Shown here piece after piece: positions 1 through 10,732 of a stretch of 64,000 nucleotides of DNA. The translations under genes were made by a program, and so were the position numbers. The DNA is from an uncultured Chloroflexia bacterium (GTDB lineage: Bacteria; Chloroflexota; Limnocylindria; QHBO01): positions 160,001 through 224,000 of the forward strand of contig CAWFCQ010000002.1 of assembly GCA_963814375.1 (NCBI GenBank), given 5' to 3'. The notes beneath the pieces are model-generated. The model made no database searches. It had not been told where the DNA came from and saw only the letters and a program-made list of their open reading frames with translations. The first letter of the stretch is position 1. The number at the start of each line of letters is the position of its first letter.

Positions 1-556
1 CGAGGCCCTCGGCCGCGGCGACGGCGATCTCCTCCTCGACGTGGAGCTTCGTCTCGGCGTACAGCGAGACCGGGTTGAGGGCGCTCTCCTCGTCGACGAC
101 GCTCTCGGTCGCACCGTAGACGCTGCACGACGAGGGATAGACGAAGCGCCGCACGCCGGCCTCGCGGGCGAGCATGGCGATGTTCCGCGTTGCCTCGAAG
201 TTGATGGCCAGCGTGGTGGGCACATCGAGCGCGCAGGCGGGGTCGCCGACCAGCTCGCCCAGGTGCACGACGGCGTCGACGCCGGCCATCGCCTCTGCGA
301 CTGCCGACGAGTCACGGGTGTCACCGACGATGACCTCGAGCCAGCGCTCGTCGAGCCCGACGAGCGAGCCGGCGCCGTAGAAGAGGGCGTCGAAGACGCG
401 AACCTGGTACCCGTCGGCGAGAAGGCGACGGGTCAGGACGGAGCCGACGTATCCGGCGCCTCCGATGACGAGCACGCGCGGCCTGATCGGGAAAGGAACG
501 GGTGAGAGGTACGACGAAATAGGGGTAGATGAAGACGATGAAGGTGAGTAAGGCAC
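1..556 (-). CDS. NAD-dependent epimerase/dehydratase (extended SDR), truncated at window edge
   Basis: Hand translation of the minus strand gives VLVIGGAGYVGS (Rossmann), VHLGELVGDPAC, SSCSVYG and YAETK (YxxxK). GTG at 556 is preceded by GGAGGGGG; alternative start at 475. Confidence 0.88.
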   Translation of the reverse strand, partial: MPYSPSSSSSTPISSYLSPVPFPIRPRVLVIGGAGYVGSVLTRRLLADGYQVRVFDALFYGAGSLVGLDERWLEVIVGDTRDSSAVAEAMAGVDAVVHLGELVGDPACALDVPTTLAINFEATRNIAMLAREAGVRRFVYPSSCSVYGATESVVDEESALNPVSLYAETKLHVEEEIAVAAAEGL

Positions 557-586
557 TAGATCCCCCTCCGCAAGGACTGGCGCGGG

Positions 587-660
587 CTCCGGGCTGCTCG
601 GGACGGCTCGGTTTCGCTCGGGTTACTCGGGTTGGTCGGATGATTCCGCTATGACTCGGG
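587..660. repeat. Degenerate CTCGG direct repeats with 9-10 bp period
   Basis: CTCGG at 597, 607, 617, 626 and 655, with variants at 587, 635 and 645. Confidence 0.6.
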
Positions 661-846
661 TAGGCACAGATAGATGAGGGCAGTACTTTAGTACGTATCG
701 GCCCCCAAGACCAATAGGCCAATTGCCCATACGCACCACTTTGCGGGGATCGGCGAGCCTAACGAATCGGTCGCGGTGGCGTTAAGGGTCGACCGGGGTG
801 GTCCAGATCGGCTTTTATCGGGCGCGCTAGACTTGGCCGACAAGCC

Positions 847-1278
847 ATGTCCGCCACCAAACGGCCGAGCACCTCGAGTCTCCGCCGCTATCTCACCTCG
901 CGGCCGTTCATCGCGGTCGCCGACATCCGGCGCCGGTTCGGCCTCGAGGCCGACGCGATGAGCGTCGTGTCGCGCAACGGAACGACGGCGTACGTTGGGC
1001 TCCCGGAGCGCGAGGCGAGCAAGGTCCAGGACCTGTGGCAGCGTGACGAGATCGGCGTCGAGCTGTCGGTCGAGGTACGCGCGCCGGTGATCGTTGGCAT
1101 CTACCCGATGCGGATCGCGAGGTTCGTGATCGACCAGACCGGCGGCAGCGGCCATGCTGGCAACGGCCAGGTCGTCGACCACCGCGCGGGCCATGGTCCG
1201 GTGGCCGACCACCACGGGGACAACCGCCAGGTCGGCGATCAGCTCGTCGTCGCCGAGGGCGGCGCCGATCCGGCGTGA
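847..1278 (+). CDS. Hypothetical protein (143 aa)
   Basis: ATG ORF with coding-like GC3; TAGACT upstream; GTGA overlap with the next gene. Confidence 0.7.
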   Translation: MSATKRPSTSSLRRYLTSRPFIAVADIRRRFGLEADAMSVVSRNGTTAYVGLPEREASKVQDLWQRDEIGVELSVEVRAPVIVGIYPMRIARFVIDQTGGSGHAGNGQVVDHRAGHGPVADHHGDNRQVGDQLVVAEGGADPA

Positions 1279-1592
1279 GGGTCGGGGCAGTCGTCAGCGA
1301 CCTCATCGTCTACAGCCGGATCGAGTCGGCTGCCGACGCATCGGATGCCGCGCTCGTGCGCGCCGATGAGCCCTCCACCCTGCCGGGAGACCTCGACCTG
1401 ATCCTGGTGGACTGGGCCGCGCGACGCGATGGTTGGGCCGATGCGCTCAGGGACACGGGCGACGCGCGGGTCATCCTGTTTGGACCGCACACCGACCTCG
1501 AGGCGCACGCCGCGGCACGCGCTGCCGGGCTGGGACCGATGTGGGCGCGCTCGCGCCTCCTGGGGGAGCTGGCCCGAATCCTCGCCGCCTGA
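1275..1592 (+). CDS. Atypical stand-alone receiver-like (REC) protein
   Basis: Pattern VVSDL...LILVD...VILFGPH...ARAAG...ARS fits a receiver fold that lacks the conserved Lys. Confidence 0.6.
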   Translation: MRVGAVVSDLIVYSRIESAADASDAALVRADEPSTLPGDLDLILVDWAARRDGWADALRDTGDARVILFGPHTDLEAHAAARAAGLGPMWARSRLLGELARILAA

Positions 1593-1664
1593 GCACCCGG
1601 TGCTCCGCGCACCATCGGATGTCGGCGCGGGCGGGCGCATACGAGCGCGGATGGTACTTCCGGC

Positions 1665-1693
1665 TTGACCGGGTAGGACTCTCCCCGTACCCT
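1665..1693 (+). promoter_or_regulatory. Sigma70-type promoter candidate for the giant surface protein
   Basis: TTGACC-17 nt-TACCCT, flanked by the inverted repeat TTCCGGC/GCCGGAA. Confidence 0.5.
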
Positions 1694-1781
1694 GCCGGAA
1701 ACGTTCGACCGCGCGTTCGAGCCGCGCGGGGACGACCTACGGAGGGGATGGCCGCCCGTTCTCGGGTGGTCGATCATCAAA

Positions 1782-4700
1782 GTGCCCAGCACCGCCCCGC
1801 CCCGCCCCTTGGTTGGGGCAATCCTTCTCGCCCTCATCGTCACATTCGCACCGCAGGTCGCGGCGCCGGCGCGCGCGGCGACGCTGCCGGCGGGATTCAG
1901 CGAGACGGTCGCGTTTTCCGGCCTCACCAACCCGACGGTCGTGCGCTTCTCGCCGGACGGGCGCATCTTCGTCGCCGAGAAGAGCGGGCTGATCAAGATC
2001 TTCGACAACCTCGCCGACGCCACGCCGACGACGTTCGCCGACCTGCGCACGCAGGTGTACAACTTCTGGGACCGCGGCCTGCTCGGGATGGCCCTGCACC
2101 CGTCCTTCCCCACCGTCCCGAACGTTTACGTCCTCTACGCGCGCGACGCCGCGATCGGCGGCACGGCCCCGCTCTACGGCACCCCCGGGGGGACATCCGA
2201 CCCGTGTCCCACGCCCCCCGGCGCGATGGGCGACGGGTGCGTCGTCGGTGGACGCCTCTCGAAGCTCGTCGCTTCCGGCAACCAGGCCGGACCGGAGCAG
2301 CCGTTGGTCGAGGACTGGTGCCAGCAGTATCCGAGCCACTCGGTCGGCGCGCTCCAGTTCGGCCCCGATGGCGCCCTCTACGTCAGCTCCGGCGACGGTG
2401 CCAGCTTCGCCTTTGCCGACTACGGCCAGGACGGCTCGCCGGTCAATCCGTGCGGCGACCCCCCCGGGGGAGCGGGCGCGACGCTGACTCCCCCGACCGC
2501 CGAGGGCGGCGCGCTGCGCAGCCAGGACCTACGCACCACCGGCGACCCGATGTCGCTCGATGGCTCGATTCTCCGCCTCGACCCCGACACGGGCGCGGCG
2601 ATGGCCGGCAACCCGCTCATCGCCAGCGGTGACACCAACACCCGCCGCGTGATCGCTCACGGCCTGCGCAACCCGTTCCGCTTCGCGTTCCGGCCCGGCA
2701 CCTCCGAGATCTACGTCGGCGACGTCGGCTGGAACGTGTGGGAAGAGATCAACCGGATTCCCAACCCCAGCGACGCTACCGTCGAGAACTTCGGATGGCC
2801 CTGCTACGAGGGCGGCGCGCGCCATCCGTCGTACGACGCCGCGAACCTCAACATCTGCGAGAACCTCTATGCCGCCGGAGCGGGTGCGATCACGGCACCG
2901 ACCTTCGCCTATGACCACGCAGCGAAGGTCGTCAGCGGCGAGACCTGTCCGACCGGCAGCTCCTCGATCTCCGGCGTCGCCTTCTACGCCGGCGGCGACT
3001 ACCCGGCCAGCTACGACGGAGGGATGTTCTTCGCCGACTACTCGCGCGACTGCATCTGGTTCGTGCCCGCCGGCGCCGGGGGGCAGCCGAACTTCTCGCA
3101 GCGCCAGACATTCGTGGCCGAAGCGACGAATCCGGTGAACCTCGAGATCGGGCCGGGCGGCGATCTCTTCTACCCCGACTTCGACGGTGGCACGATCCGG
3201 CGGGTCCGATTCGACACCGGGCCCGGCACCGGCACCTACCTGTCCGACATGACGCCCACGAGCGCCACGAACGGATGGGGCCCGTTCGAGCGTGACCGCA
3301 GCAACGGCGAGGAGGGCGTGGCCGACGGCGGGCCGATCACGCTCGGCGGCATCACCTACGCGAAGGGGCTCGGCACGCATGCGGCCTCCGACATCCGCTA
3401 TAGCCTCGGAGGAACCTGCACGTCGCTCACCGCCCAGGTCGGCGTGGACGACGAGGTCGGGGCCAACGGCTCGGTCGTGTTCTCGGTAGTCGGTGACGGG
3501 ACCACCCGGTACACGTCACCGGCGCTGACCGGCTCGAGCGCTACCGTCCCGATCAACGTGCCGATCACCGGCGTCAACGAGCTGCAGCTCGTCGTCGCCG
3601 TGGGTGCCGGCGGCGATGCGTATGACCACGCGGACTGGGCCGATGCGCGCCTCGCGTGCGGCGGCGGTGGGGCGAACCAGCCACCGGTCCCGACGATTGG
3701 CGCCCCGGCTTCCACGCTCACGTGGCGCGTGGATGACACGATCGCCTTCTCGGGATCGGGGAGCGACCCCGAGGATGGAACCCTTCCCGGCTCGGCGCTG
3801 ACCTGGACGCTGCTCATGCAGCACTGCCCCTCCACCTGCCACGCCCACACGATCGAGACGTTCACCGGCGACAGCGGCACCTTCCAGGCGCCCGACCATG
3901 AATACCCGTCGCACCTCGAGCTGCGCCTGACCGCGACCGACTCCGCCGGGTTGCCCGCGTCGACGAGCGTCGCCCTCCAGCCGCAGACCGTGAACCTCTC
4001 GTTTGCCACCAACCCATCTGGCCTCCAGCTCGCGGTCGGGGCGACCACATCGACGGCACCGTTCCAGCGCACGGTCATCGTCGGATCGGCGAACTCGATC
4101 AGCGCGCCGTCGCCGCAGTCGCTGGGTGGGTCGAGCTATGCCTTCAGCGCCTGGTCCGACACGGGAGCGGCGACGCACACGATCACCGCTCCTGCGACGC
4201 CGACGACCTACACCGCGACCTTCGTCGCCGCACCGCCGGCCACGACGACCTACCTGTCCGACCTGACCCCCACCAGCGCCACCAACGGCTGGGGACCCTA
4301 CGAGCGTGACCGCAGCAACGGCGAGCAGGGCGCGGCCGACGGCACGACCCTGCGACTCAACGGCGTGGCCTACACCAAGGGTCTGGGCACGCACGCCGCG
4401 AGCGACCTGCGCTACACCATCCCGACCGGCTGCACCACCTTCGTTGCCGACCTGGGCATCGACGACGAGGTCACCGGCACGCAAGGCGGAGTGGTGTTCC
4501 AGGTCTACCGCAACACGACCCTGCTCTACACCTCGCCGCAGCTCAACTCGGTCAGCGCCACGGTGCCCATCAGCCTCGACGTGACAGGTACCGGGGCCGG
4601 CACCCTGCGCCTGGTGGCCGGGGTCGGCAACAACGGCACCGCCTACGACCACGCAGACTGGGCGGGCGCGCGGCTGCTGTGCGGCACCGGCGGCGCGGAT

Positions 4701-7590
4701 ACCACCCGGCCGACCGTGACCGCTAACGCTCCGCTCGCGGGCGCAACCAACGTTGCCGCGGACGCCAACGCGACCGTCACCTTCAACGAGGCGATGGCGG
4801 CCGGCACGATCAGCACCGCCACCATGAGCCTCGTGCGCCAGGGCACGACCACCCCGGTGCCGGGCGCGGTCACCTACGACGGTGCCAGCCGCACCGCGAC
4901 GCTGAATCCGACCGCCGGCCTCGACGCCGGGGGCATCTACACCGCCACCGTCGAGGGCGGAACCGGAGGCGTCGCTGATCTCGCCGGCAACGAGCTGGCC
5001 GCCGACCACACCTGGAGCTTCACGGTCGCGGCTGCGCCGCCGGCCGGCCTGTGGGGCCCTCCGACCGACCTGGCCGTCGGCCTGGAGCCCCACTCGGTCG
5101 TGGCCGGCCGCGTGAACGCGGACGCGACCCTGGATCTGGTGGTGGGTGCCTCCGGCGCGGACACGGCCGCCATCCTCCGCGGGCTCGGCGACGGCACCTT
5201 CCAGGCGCCGACCACGGTCGCGACGGGCGACGCACCGAAGTGGGTCGCCCTCGGGGACCTCAACCGCGACGGTCGTGCCGACATGGTGAGCGCGAACCAG
5301 AACGCCGATACGATCGGGCGCGCCCTCGGCAACGGTGACGGGACCTTCGGGCCGCGCGTCGACCTCGCTACCTGCTCCCGTCCGCACGACGTCGCCGTCA
5401 CCGACCTCAACAATGACGCCCGGGCGGACGTCGTCGCGGCCTGCTGGAACGGAAGCGTCATCAGCGTCCACATCGGGAACGGCGATGGGACCTTCGCGCC
5501 GAAGGTCGACTACGCCGCGGCCGCAAACCCGCACTCGCTGGCCGTCGGTGACTTCAACCGCGACGGTCGGACGGACGTCGCCGTGGCGAACCACGGGACC
5601 GCCGCGAACAGCGTCAGCGTGCTCCTCGGCAACGGCAATGGCACCCTCGCGGCGAAGGTCGACTACACCACCGGCGGAGGCCCGCACGCCGTGCGGACGG
5701 CGGACCTCAACGGCGACGGCCTGCTCGACCTGGTCACGGCCAACAGCCGAGGCAACTCGGTCAGCGTGCTGCTCGGCAACGGCAGCGGCACGTTCGGCGC
5801 CCGCACAGACTTCACCGCCGGCAGCGTCCCGAAGGCGGTGGCCATTGCGGACGTGAACGGTGACGGCGCCGTTGATGTGCTGACGGCAAACACGGCCGGC
5901 AACGGTGAGGATGCGTCCGGCATCCCCGATGGCGACAACGTCAGCGTCCTCCTCGGCAACGGAGCCGGATCGCTCGGCGCCCAGACCAAGACCACGGTCG
6001 GGCCGACGCCGTTCTCGCTGACAGTGGCCGATCTCGATGCCGATGGACGTCGTGACCTGGTGACCGCGAACTGGCACGGGGATGAGGCCGCCGTCCTGCG
6101 CAACATCGGAGCGACGGTGCGTGACACGGCGCCGCCCGGCGTGACGGCGAACGCGCCGGTCGCGGGCGCGACGGGCGTGGCAGCCGACGCCAACGTCACC
6201 GCCACCTTCAGCGAGCCCGTCGCATCGGTCACGGGCTGGAACGTGCAGCTCTTGCGGAGTGGTACGTCCACGGCCGTGCCGGCGGCACTCACGTACGACG
6301 CGGCAAGCCGGACTGTAACCGTCAACCCGACGGCCAGCCTCGAGGGAGGCGCCACGTACATAGCGATCGTGCGCGGTGGCCCGGGCGGCGTAGCCGACCC
6401 TGCCGGCAACGCGCTCCCCGCCGACCACGCCTGGAGCTTCACGGTTGCCGCCGCTGAGACCACGCCACCCACGGTGACCGCAACGGTACCCGTCAACGGC
6501 GCGACCGGCGTGGCCGGCGGCGCGAACGCAACCGCCACCTTCAGCGAGCCGATGGCTGCAGGAAGCATGAGTACCACCACAATCACCCTGGTCCGTCAGG
6601 GCACGACGACGCCGCTCCCCGCCGCTGTCACCTATGACGCCGCGACCCGCGCGGTGACGCTCAACCCCAACGCCAACCTCGATCCGGCCGTCACTTACAC
6701 CGCCACCGTCCGTGGCGGAGCCGGCGGAGTCACCGATGTCGCCGGCAACGCGCTGGCGGCCGACCACGCCTGGACCTTCACCGTGGCCGGCGCCAGTGAC
6801 ACCACGCCGCCCACCGTGACCGGCACGGTGCCCACGAACGGGGCGACCGGCGTGGCCGCCGGTGCGAACCTGACGGCCACCTTCAGCGAGCCGATGGCGG
6901 CCGGAACCATCAGCGCCAGCACGGTCACCGTGATCCGCCAGGGCACGAGCACGCCGCTCGCGGCCGCCGTCACCTACGACGCCACCAACCGGGTGGCCAC
7001 GCTCAACCCGAACGCGAACCTCGAGGCGGGCGTCGACGTACACCGCCACCGTGCGAGGGCGGAACCGGCGGCGTGACTGATGTCGCCGGTATCGCGCTCG
7101 CGGCCGACCACGCCTGGAGCTTCACGGTGGCAGGCACCCCGCCGGCCACGACGACCTACCTGTCCGACCTGACCCCCACCAGCGCCACCAACGGCTGGGG
7201 TGCTCTACGAGCGTGACCGCAGCAACGGCGAGCAGGGCGCCGCCGACGGCACGTACGATCACACTCAACGGGGTCGTCTACACGAAGGGCCTGGGCACGC
7301 ACGCCGCGAGCGACCTGCGCTACACCATCCCGACCGGCTGCACCACCTTCGTTGCCGACCTGGGCATCGACGACGAGGTCACCGGGACCCAGGGAGGGGT
7401 CATCTTCCGGGTGTATCGCAACTCGACCCTGCTCTACACCTCGCCGCAGCTCAACTCGGTCAGCGCCGCGGTCCCGATCAGCCTCAGCGTGGCTGGTGGC
7501 GGGACGCTCCGGCTCGTGGCAGCCGTCGGCAACAATGGCAACGCCTACGACCACGCCGACTGGGCGGGCGCGCGCCTGCTGTGCGGCTGA
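1782..7590 (+). CDS. Giant secreted modular protein: PQQ-dependent sugar dehydrogenase-like propeller + NPCBM x3 + PKD-like + SbsA/Big_5 Ig-like x4 + FG-GAP repeats (frameshifted at ~7035-7255)
   Basis: Signal peptide; GSDH motifs (FGPDGALYVSSGDG, GLRNPFRF, VGDVGW); YLSD..NGWGP.ERDRSNGE..KGLGTHA..DHADWA repeats; DT..PTV..ATFSEPM repeats; DLNGDG repeats. The third NPCBM continues in ORF 7213-7590. Confidence 0.85.
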
Positions 7591-7661
7591 TCGCCCGCCG
7601 GGACCGATCCCGGTAGAGTTGCCGCGGACGGCCAGCGCCGCCAGAAGGGGATCGTCAACGG

Positions 7662-9554
7662 GTGTGCGGAATCACTGGCTTCGTCGTCGACGCCGAGCGT
7701 CCGGTGGGCGGCTGGTTCGCCGAAGCGGTCCATTGCGTCAGCCACCGCGGCCCCGATCGCGAGCGCATCTGGCTCGCCGGCGACACAACGCGGTCATTGC
7801 CGGATGAGCGCCACGACGCCCGCACCACCGCCGGGTTCGGGTTCGCTCGTCTGGCGATCATCGACCTGAGCGAGGCCAGCGACCAGCCGTTCGTGGCGCC
7901 CGGGCGTGCCGCGCTGACGTTCAACGGCGAGATCTACAACTACATCGAGCTGCGCGACGAGCTCGCCGGCATGGGGTGGACCTTCTCGTCGGCGGGCGAC
8001 GCCGAGGTGCTGCTGAAGGGCTATCTCCAATGGGGGCTCGACGTCCTGCCGCGCCTCAACGGGATGTTCGCGCTGGCGATCCACGACGAGGCCAAGGGCT
8101 CGCTGCTGCTGGCACGCGACCGGTTCGGTGAGAAGCCGATGTTCTGGACCGAATGGGAGGGCGGCGTCGCATTCGCCTCGGAGGCAAAGCAGCTGGCGCG
8201 CTATCCCGGTCTGCGGCTCGATCTCGAGCCGGCCGCGGTGGACGCCTACCTGTCGACCGGTCGGCCGTACCTCGGCTTCTCGAGCTGGTTCCGGGGCATC
8301 AGGCAGCTGGCCCCCGGCTCCTGGCTCGTGCGCGATGCTGATGGATGCCGCACCGGGAGCTACTTCGACCTGCGCTCGGAGGTCGCCGCGGTCGCGCCTG
8401 AGACGTCGCCGCGCGCCTGGGCCGACCGATTCTCGGCCGCCTGGCAGCGCTCGGTCGAGCTCCGTCTGCGCAGCGACGTGCCGGTCGGGACCTCGCTGTC
8501 GTCGGGTGTCGACAGCTCGGCGGTGATGGTCGAGGCCGCTGCCATCGGCCACGAGCGTTACCACGCCTTCACGCTCCGCTACGACGCCGAGCGGGACGAG
8601 GGGCGGGCTGCCGCGGACCTCGCCGCCGCGAGCGGGGCGACGTGGCACGCGGTGTGGGCCACCGGCGAGGAGTTCGCCGAGACCTGGGATGCGCTCACCT
8701 GGCACCACGAGACCCCGGTGGCGACAGCCAGCGCCTTCGGCCAGTGGAAGGTCTTCGAGGCGGCCCACGCGGCGGGCATCCGGGTCGTGCTCGATGGGCA
8801 GGGAGCCGACGAGATGCTGGCCGGCTACCACAAGTTCTACGCCGCCCACGTCCTGCACCGGATTCGGTCCGTCGGCCCTGGAGCCTTCTTTGACGTCGCG
8901 CGCTTCGGGCGTCAGGTCGGCCTCGGGCCGCTCGCCGAGCGGGCCACGTCGATCCTGCGACGGGAGGCCCACGCCAACGGCAGCGGCGACCGGCTGGACG
9001 GGACGGCCTCGCCCCCCGTCATCTCCGACCTTCGCCGGATGCGCATCGCCGATATCGAGGAGTGGAGCCTGCCGACCCTGCTCTCCTACGCCGATCGAAA
9101 CGCGATGGCGCACAGCATCGAGACACGGCTGCCGTTCCTGGATCCCGATGTGGCCGTGCTGGCCCTGGCCATGCCGGGCGAGGTGCTCTTCCGCGACGGC
9201 TGGACCAAGTGGCCGCTGCGCGCGCATCTCGCCTCACGCGGCGCGCCCGGTCCTGCATGGCGGCGCGGCAAGCGCTGGTTCGATCTCCCTTCAGCGGAGT
9301 GGCTGCGCGGTCCTCTCCGGCCTGCGATCGATGCCCTCGCAGACTCACCTCATCCGGCGTGGGCCGAGTTCGTTGAGCCCGACCGGCTACGCACGCTCGT
9401 CGCCCACCATCGTGACGCCGCCGATCCAGCCCGTGGCGGCACCCTGATGCGGCTGCTGGCCCTGGAGCGCTTCTTCCGCGTCTGGCTCCCGGCCGATTCC
9501 GCGGAGCGAGCCTACCTGCCCGACGCGCGCTCGAGGATGCCTGCCAGCCGCTGA
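7662..9554 (+). CDS. asnB: Asparagine synthase (glutamine-hydrolysing) family amidotransferase
   Basis: N-terminal MCGI, HRGPD, FNGEIYNY, RDRFGEKP, LSSGVDSS, DGQGADE, RLPFLD. Confidence 0.92.
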   Translation: MCGITGFVVDAERPVGGWFAEAVHCVSHRGPDRERIWLAGDTTRSLPDERHDARTTAGFGFARLAIIDLSEASDQPFVAPGRAALTFNGEIYNYIELRDELAGMGWTFSSAGDAEVLLKGYLQWGLDVLPRLNGMFALAIHDEAKGSLLLARDRFGEKPMFWTEWEGGVAFASEAKQLARYPGLRLDLEPAAVDAYLSTGRPYLGFSSWFRGIRQLAPGSWLVRDADGCRTGSYFDLRSEVAAVAPETSPRAWADRFSAAWQRSVELRLRSDVPVGTSLSSGVDSSAVMVEAAAIGHERYHAFTLRYDAERDEGRAAADLAAASGATWHAVWATGEEFAETWDALTWHHETPVATASAFGQWKVFEAAHAAGIRVVLDGQGADEMLAGYHKFYAAHVLHRIRSVGPGAFFDVARFGRQVGLGPLAERATSILRREAHANGSGDRLDGTASPPVISDLRRMRIADIEEWSLPTLLSYADRNAMAHSIETRLPFLDPDVAVLALAMPGEVLFRDGWTKWPLRAHLASRGAPGPAWRRGKRWFDLPSAEWLRGPLRPAIDALADSPHPAWAEFVEPDRLRTLVAHHRDAADPARGGTLMRLLALERFFRVWLPADSAERAYLPDARSRMPASR

Positions 9555-10732
9555 ACGACAGCGGGTCGATCGTAGTCGGCCCGTGCGAGGGCGCGGCCCC
9601 GCTCGCCACGTTCGTCGCGATCGGGGTCGGCCGCCGCCTCCCGGATGGCGCGTGCCAGGTCGTCCGGATCCTCTGGCGTGGCGATATAGCCCGCGCGCTG
9701 CCCGCGCACGAGCTCGGCGGCGGTTCCCCGCGCAGCGACGATCACGGCGCGCGCCGCCGCCATCGCCTCGACCAGCTTCGTCGGCAGCGAGGCTTCGTAC
9801 AGCGGGCCATCGCGAAGCATCACCAGCGCCGCATCGGCCGCCGCCAGAGCGACCGGAATCTCGCTGCGCGGCAGCGGCCGGTGGAAGGTCACCGATGTGG
9901 CTCCGGCGGCATCGGCCTGGGCGCGCAGGTCGGCTTCCTCGACGCCATCGCCGATGAGGTGGAATGCCACCGGCTCGGTGATCCGCCCCGCCGCGGCGAT
10001 CAGCGTGCGCATGCCCTGCGCCGCACCGAGCGTCCCGGCGTAGACGACGGTGAAGCGGTCGGGGTCCCAGCCCATGCGGCGACGGGCATCTGCCCGTGCC
10101 GGGACGCTTTCGAAGCGAGCCACGTCGACGGCGTTCGGCAGGTGCACGACCTTCCCGGCGGTGCCCGGCTTGCTCGCGATCAGCTCGACCAGCGGGGGCG
10201 TCACCGTCGTGATCGCCTCCGCGCCCGCATAGGCAAACCGCTCGAGCGCAAATGCGAGTCGGCGCGCAGTCGGGCTCTCCAGGTAGCCCATCGCGATCGG
10301 GAAGTCCGGCCACGGATCGGCGACATGGAGGACGTACGGACGTCCGGCCAGCGTGGCGATCACACGCCCCGCTCCGGCGGTGAAGAGTGGCGGCGACTCC
10401 ACCAGCACGACGTCGTGCCTTCGTGCCACCTCGATCGACGCATGGCTGGTGAGGGCGAAGCTCAGCTGTGAGGCGATCCTGTCAGCGAAGCGATCGCCTC
10501 CTCGCGCGATCACCGGCAGTCGTGCGATGGGTGTGCCGTCGATCCTCTCGCGCCTTGGTCGCCACCAGCGATAGGCGGGCGGGACGACGCCGTGGGGGTA
10601 ATGCGGGATCGGCGCGACGACGGTCACTGCGACCCCGAGGTGGCGGAGCTGCGCGACCGTCTCCGAGAGGCGCGTCTGTGCCGCGCCGACCTCGGGTGGG
10701 TAGTAGTGCGTCAACAGCATGACCCGAGTCAT
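9512..10732 (-). CDS. Glycosyltransferase family 4 (WbuB-like)
   Basis: HYYPPEVGA, SPPLF, YAGTLGAAQG, SLPTKLVEAMA; ATGA overlap with the upstream GT4. Confidence 0.9.
   Translation of the reverse strand: MTRVMLLTHYYPPEVGAAQTRLSETVAQLRHLGVAVTVVAPIPHYPHGVVPPAYRWWRPRRERIDGTPIARLPVIARGGDRFADRIASQLSFALTSHASIEVARRHDVVLVESPPLFTAGAGRVIATLAGRPYVLHVADPWPDFPIAMGYLESPTARRLAFALERFAYAGAEAITTVTPPLVELIASKPGTAGKVVHLPNAVDVARFESVPARADARRRMGWDPDRFTVVYAGTLGAAQGMRTLIAAAGRITEPVAFHLIGDGVEEADLRAQADAAGATSVTFHRPLPRSEIPVALAAADAALVMLRDGPLYEASLPTKLVEAMAAARAVIVAARGTAAELVRGQRAGYIATPEDPDDLARAIREAAADPDRDERGERGRALARADYDRPAVVQRLAGILERASGR

Noticed and set aside
3516-7049. 1177-aa antisense ORF and many other long overlapping ORFs
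   Set aside because: Shadow ORFs expected from high GC3 codon bias; Arg/Gly-rich with no recognisable motifs.
4236-7590. Near-identical repeats as a DGR template/variable pair
   Set aside because: No reverse transcriptase in the window, both copies are coding domains, and I saw no adenine-specific pattern of differences.
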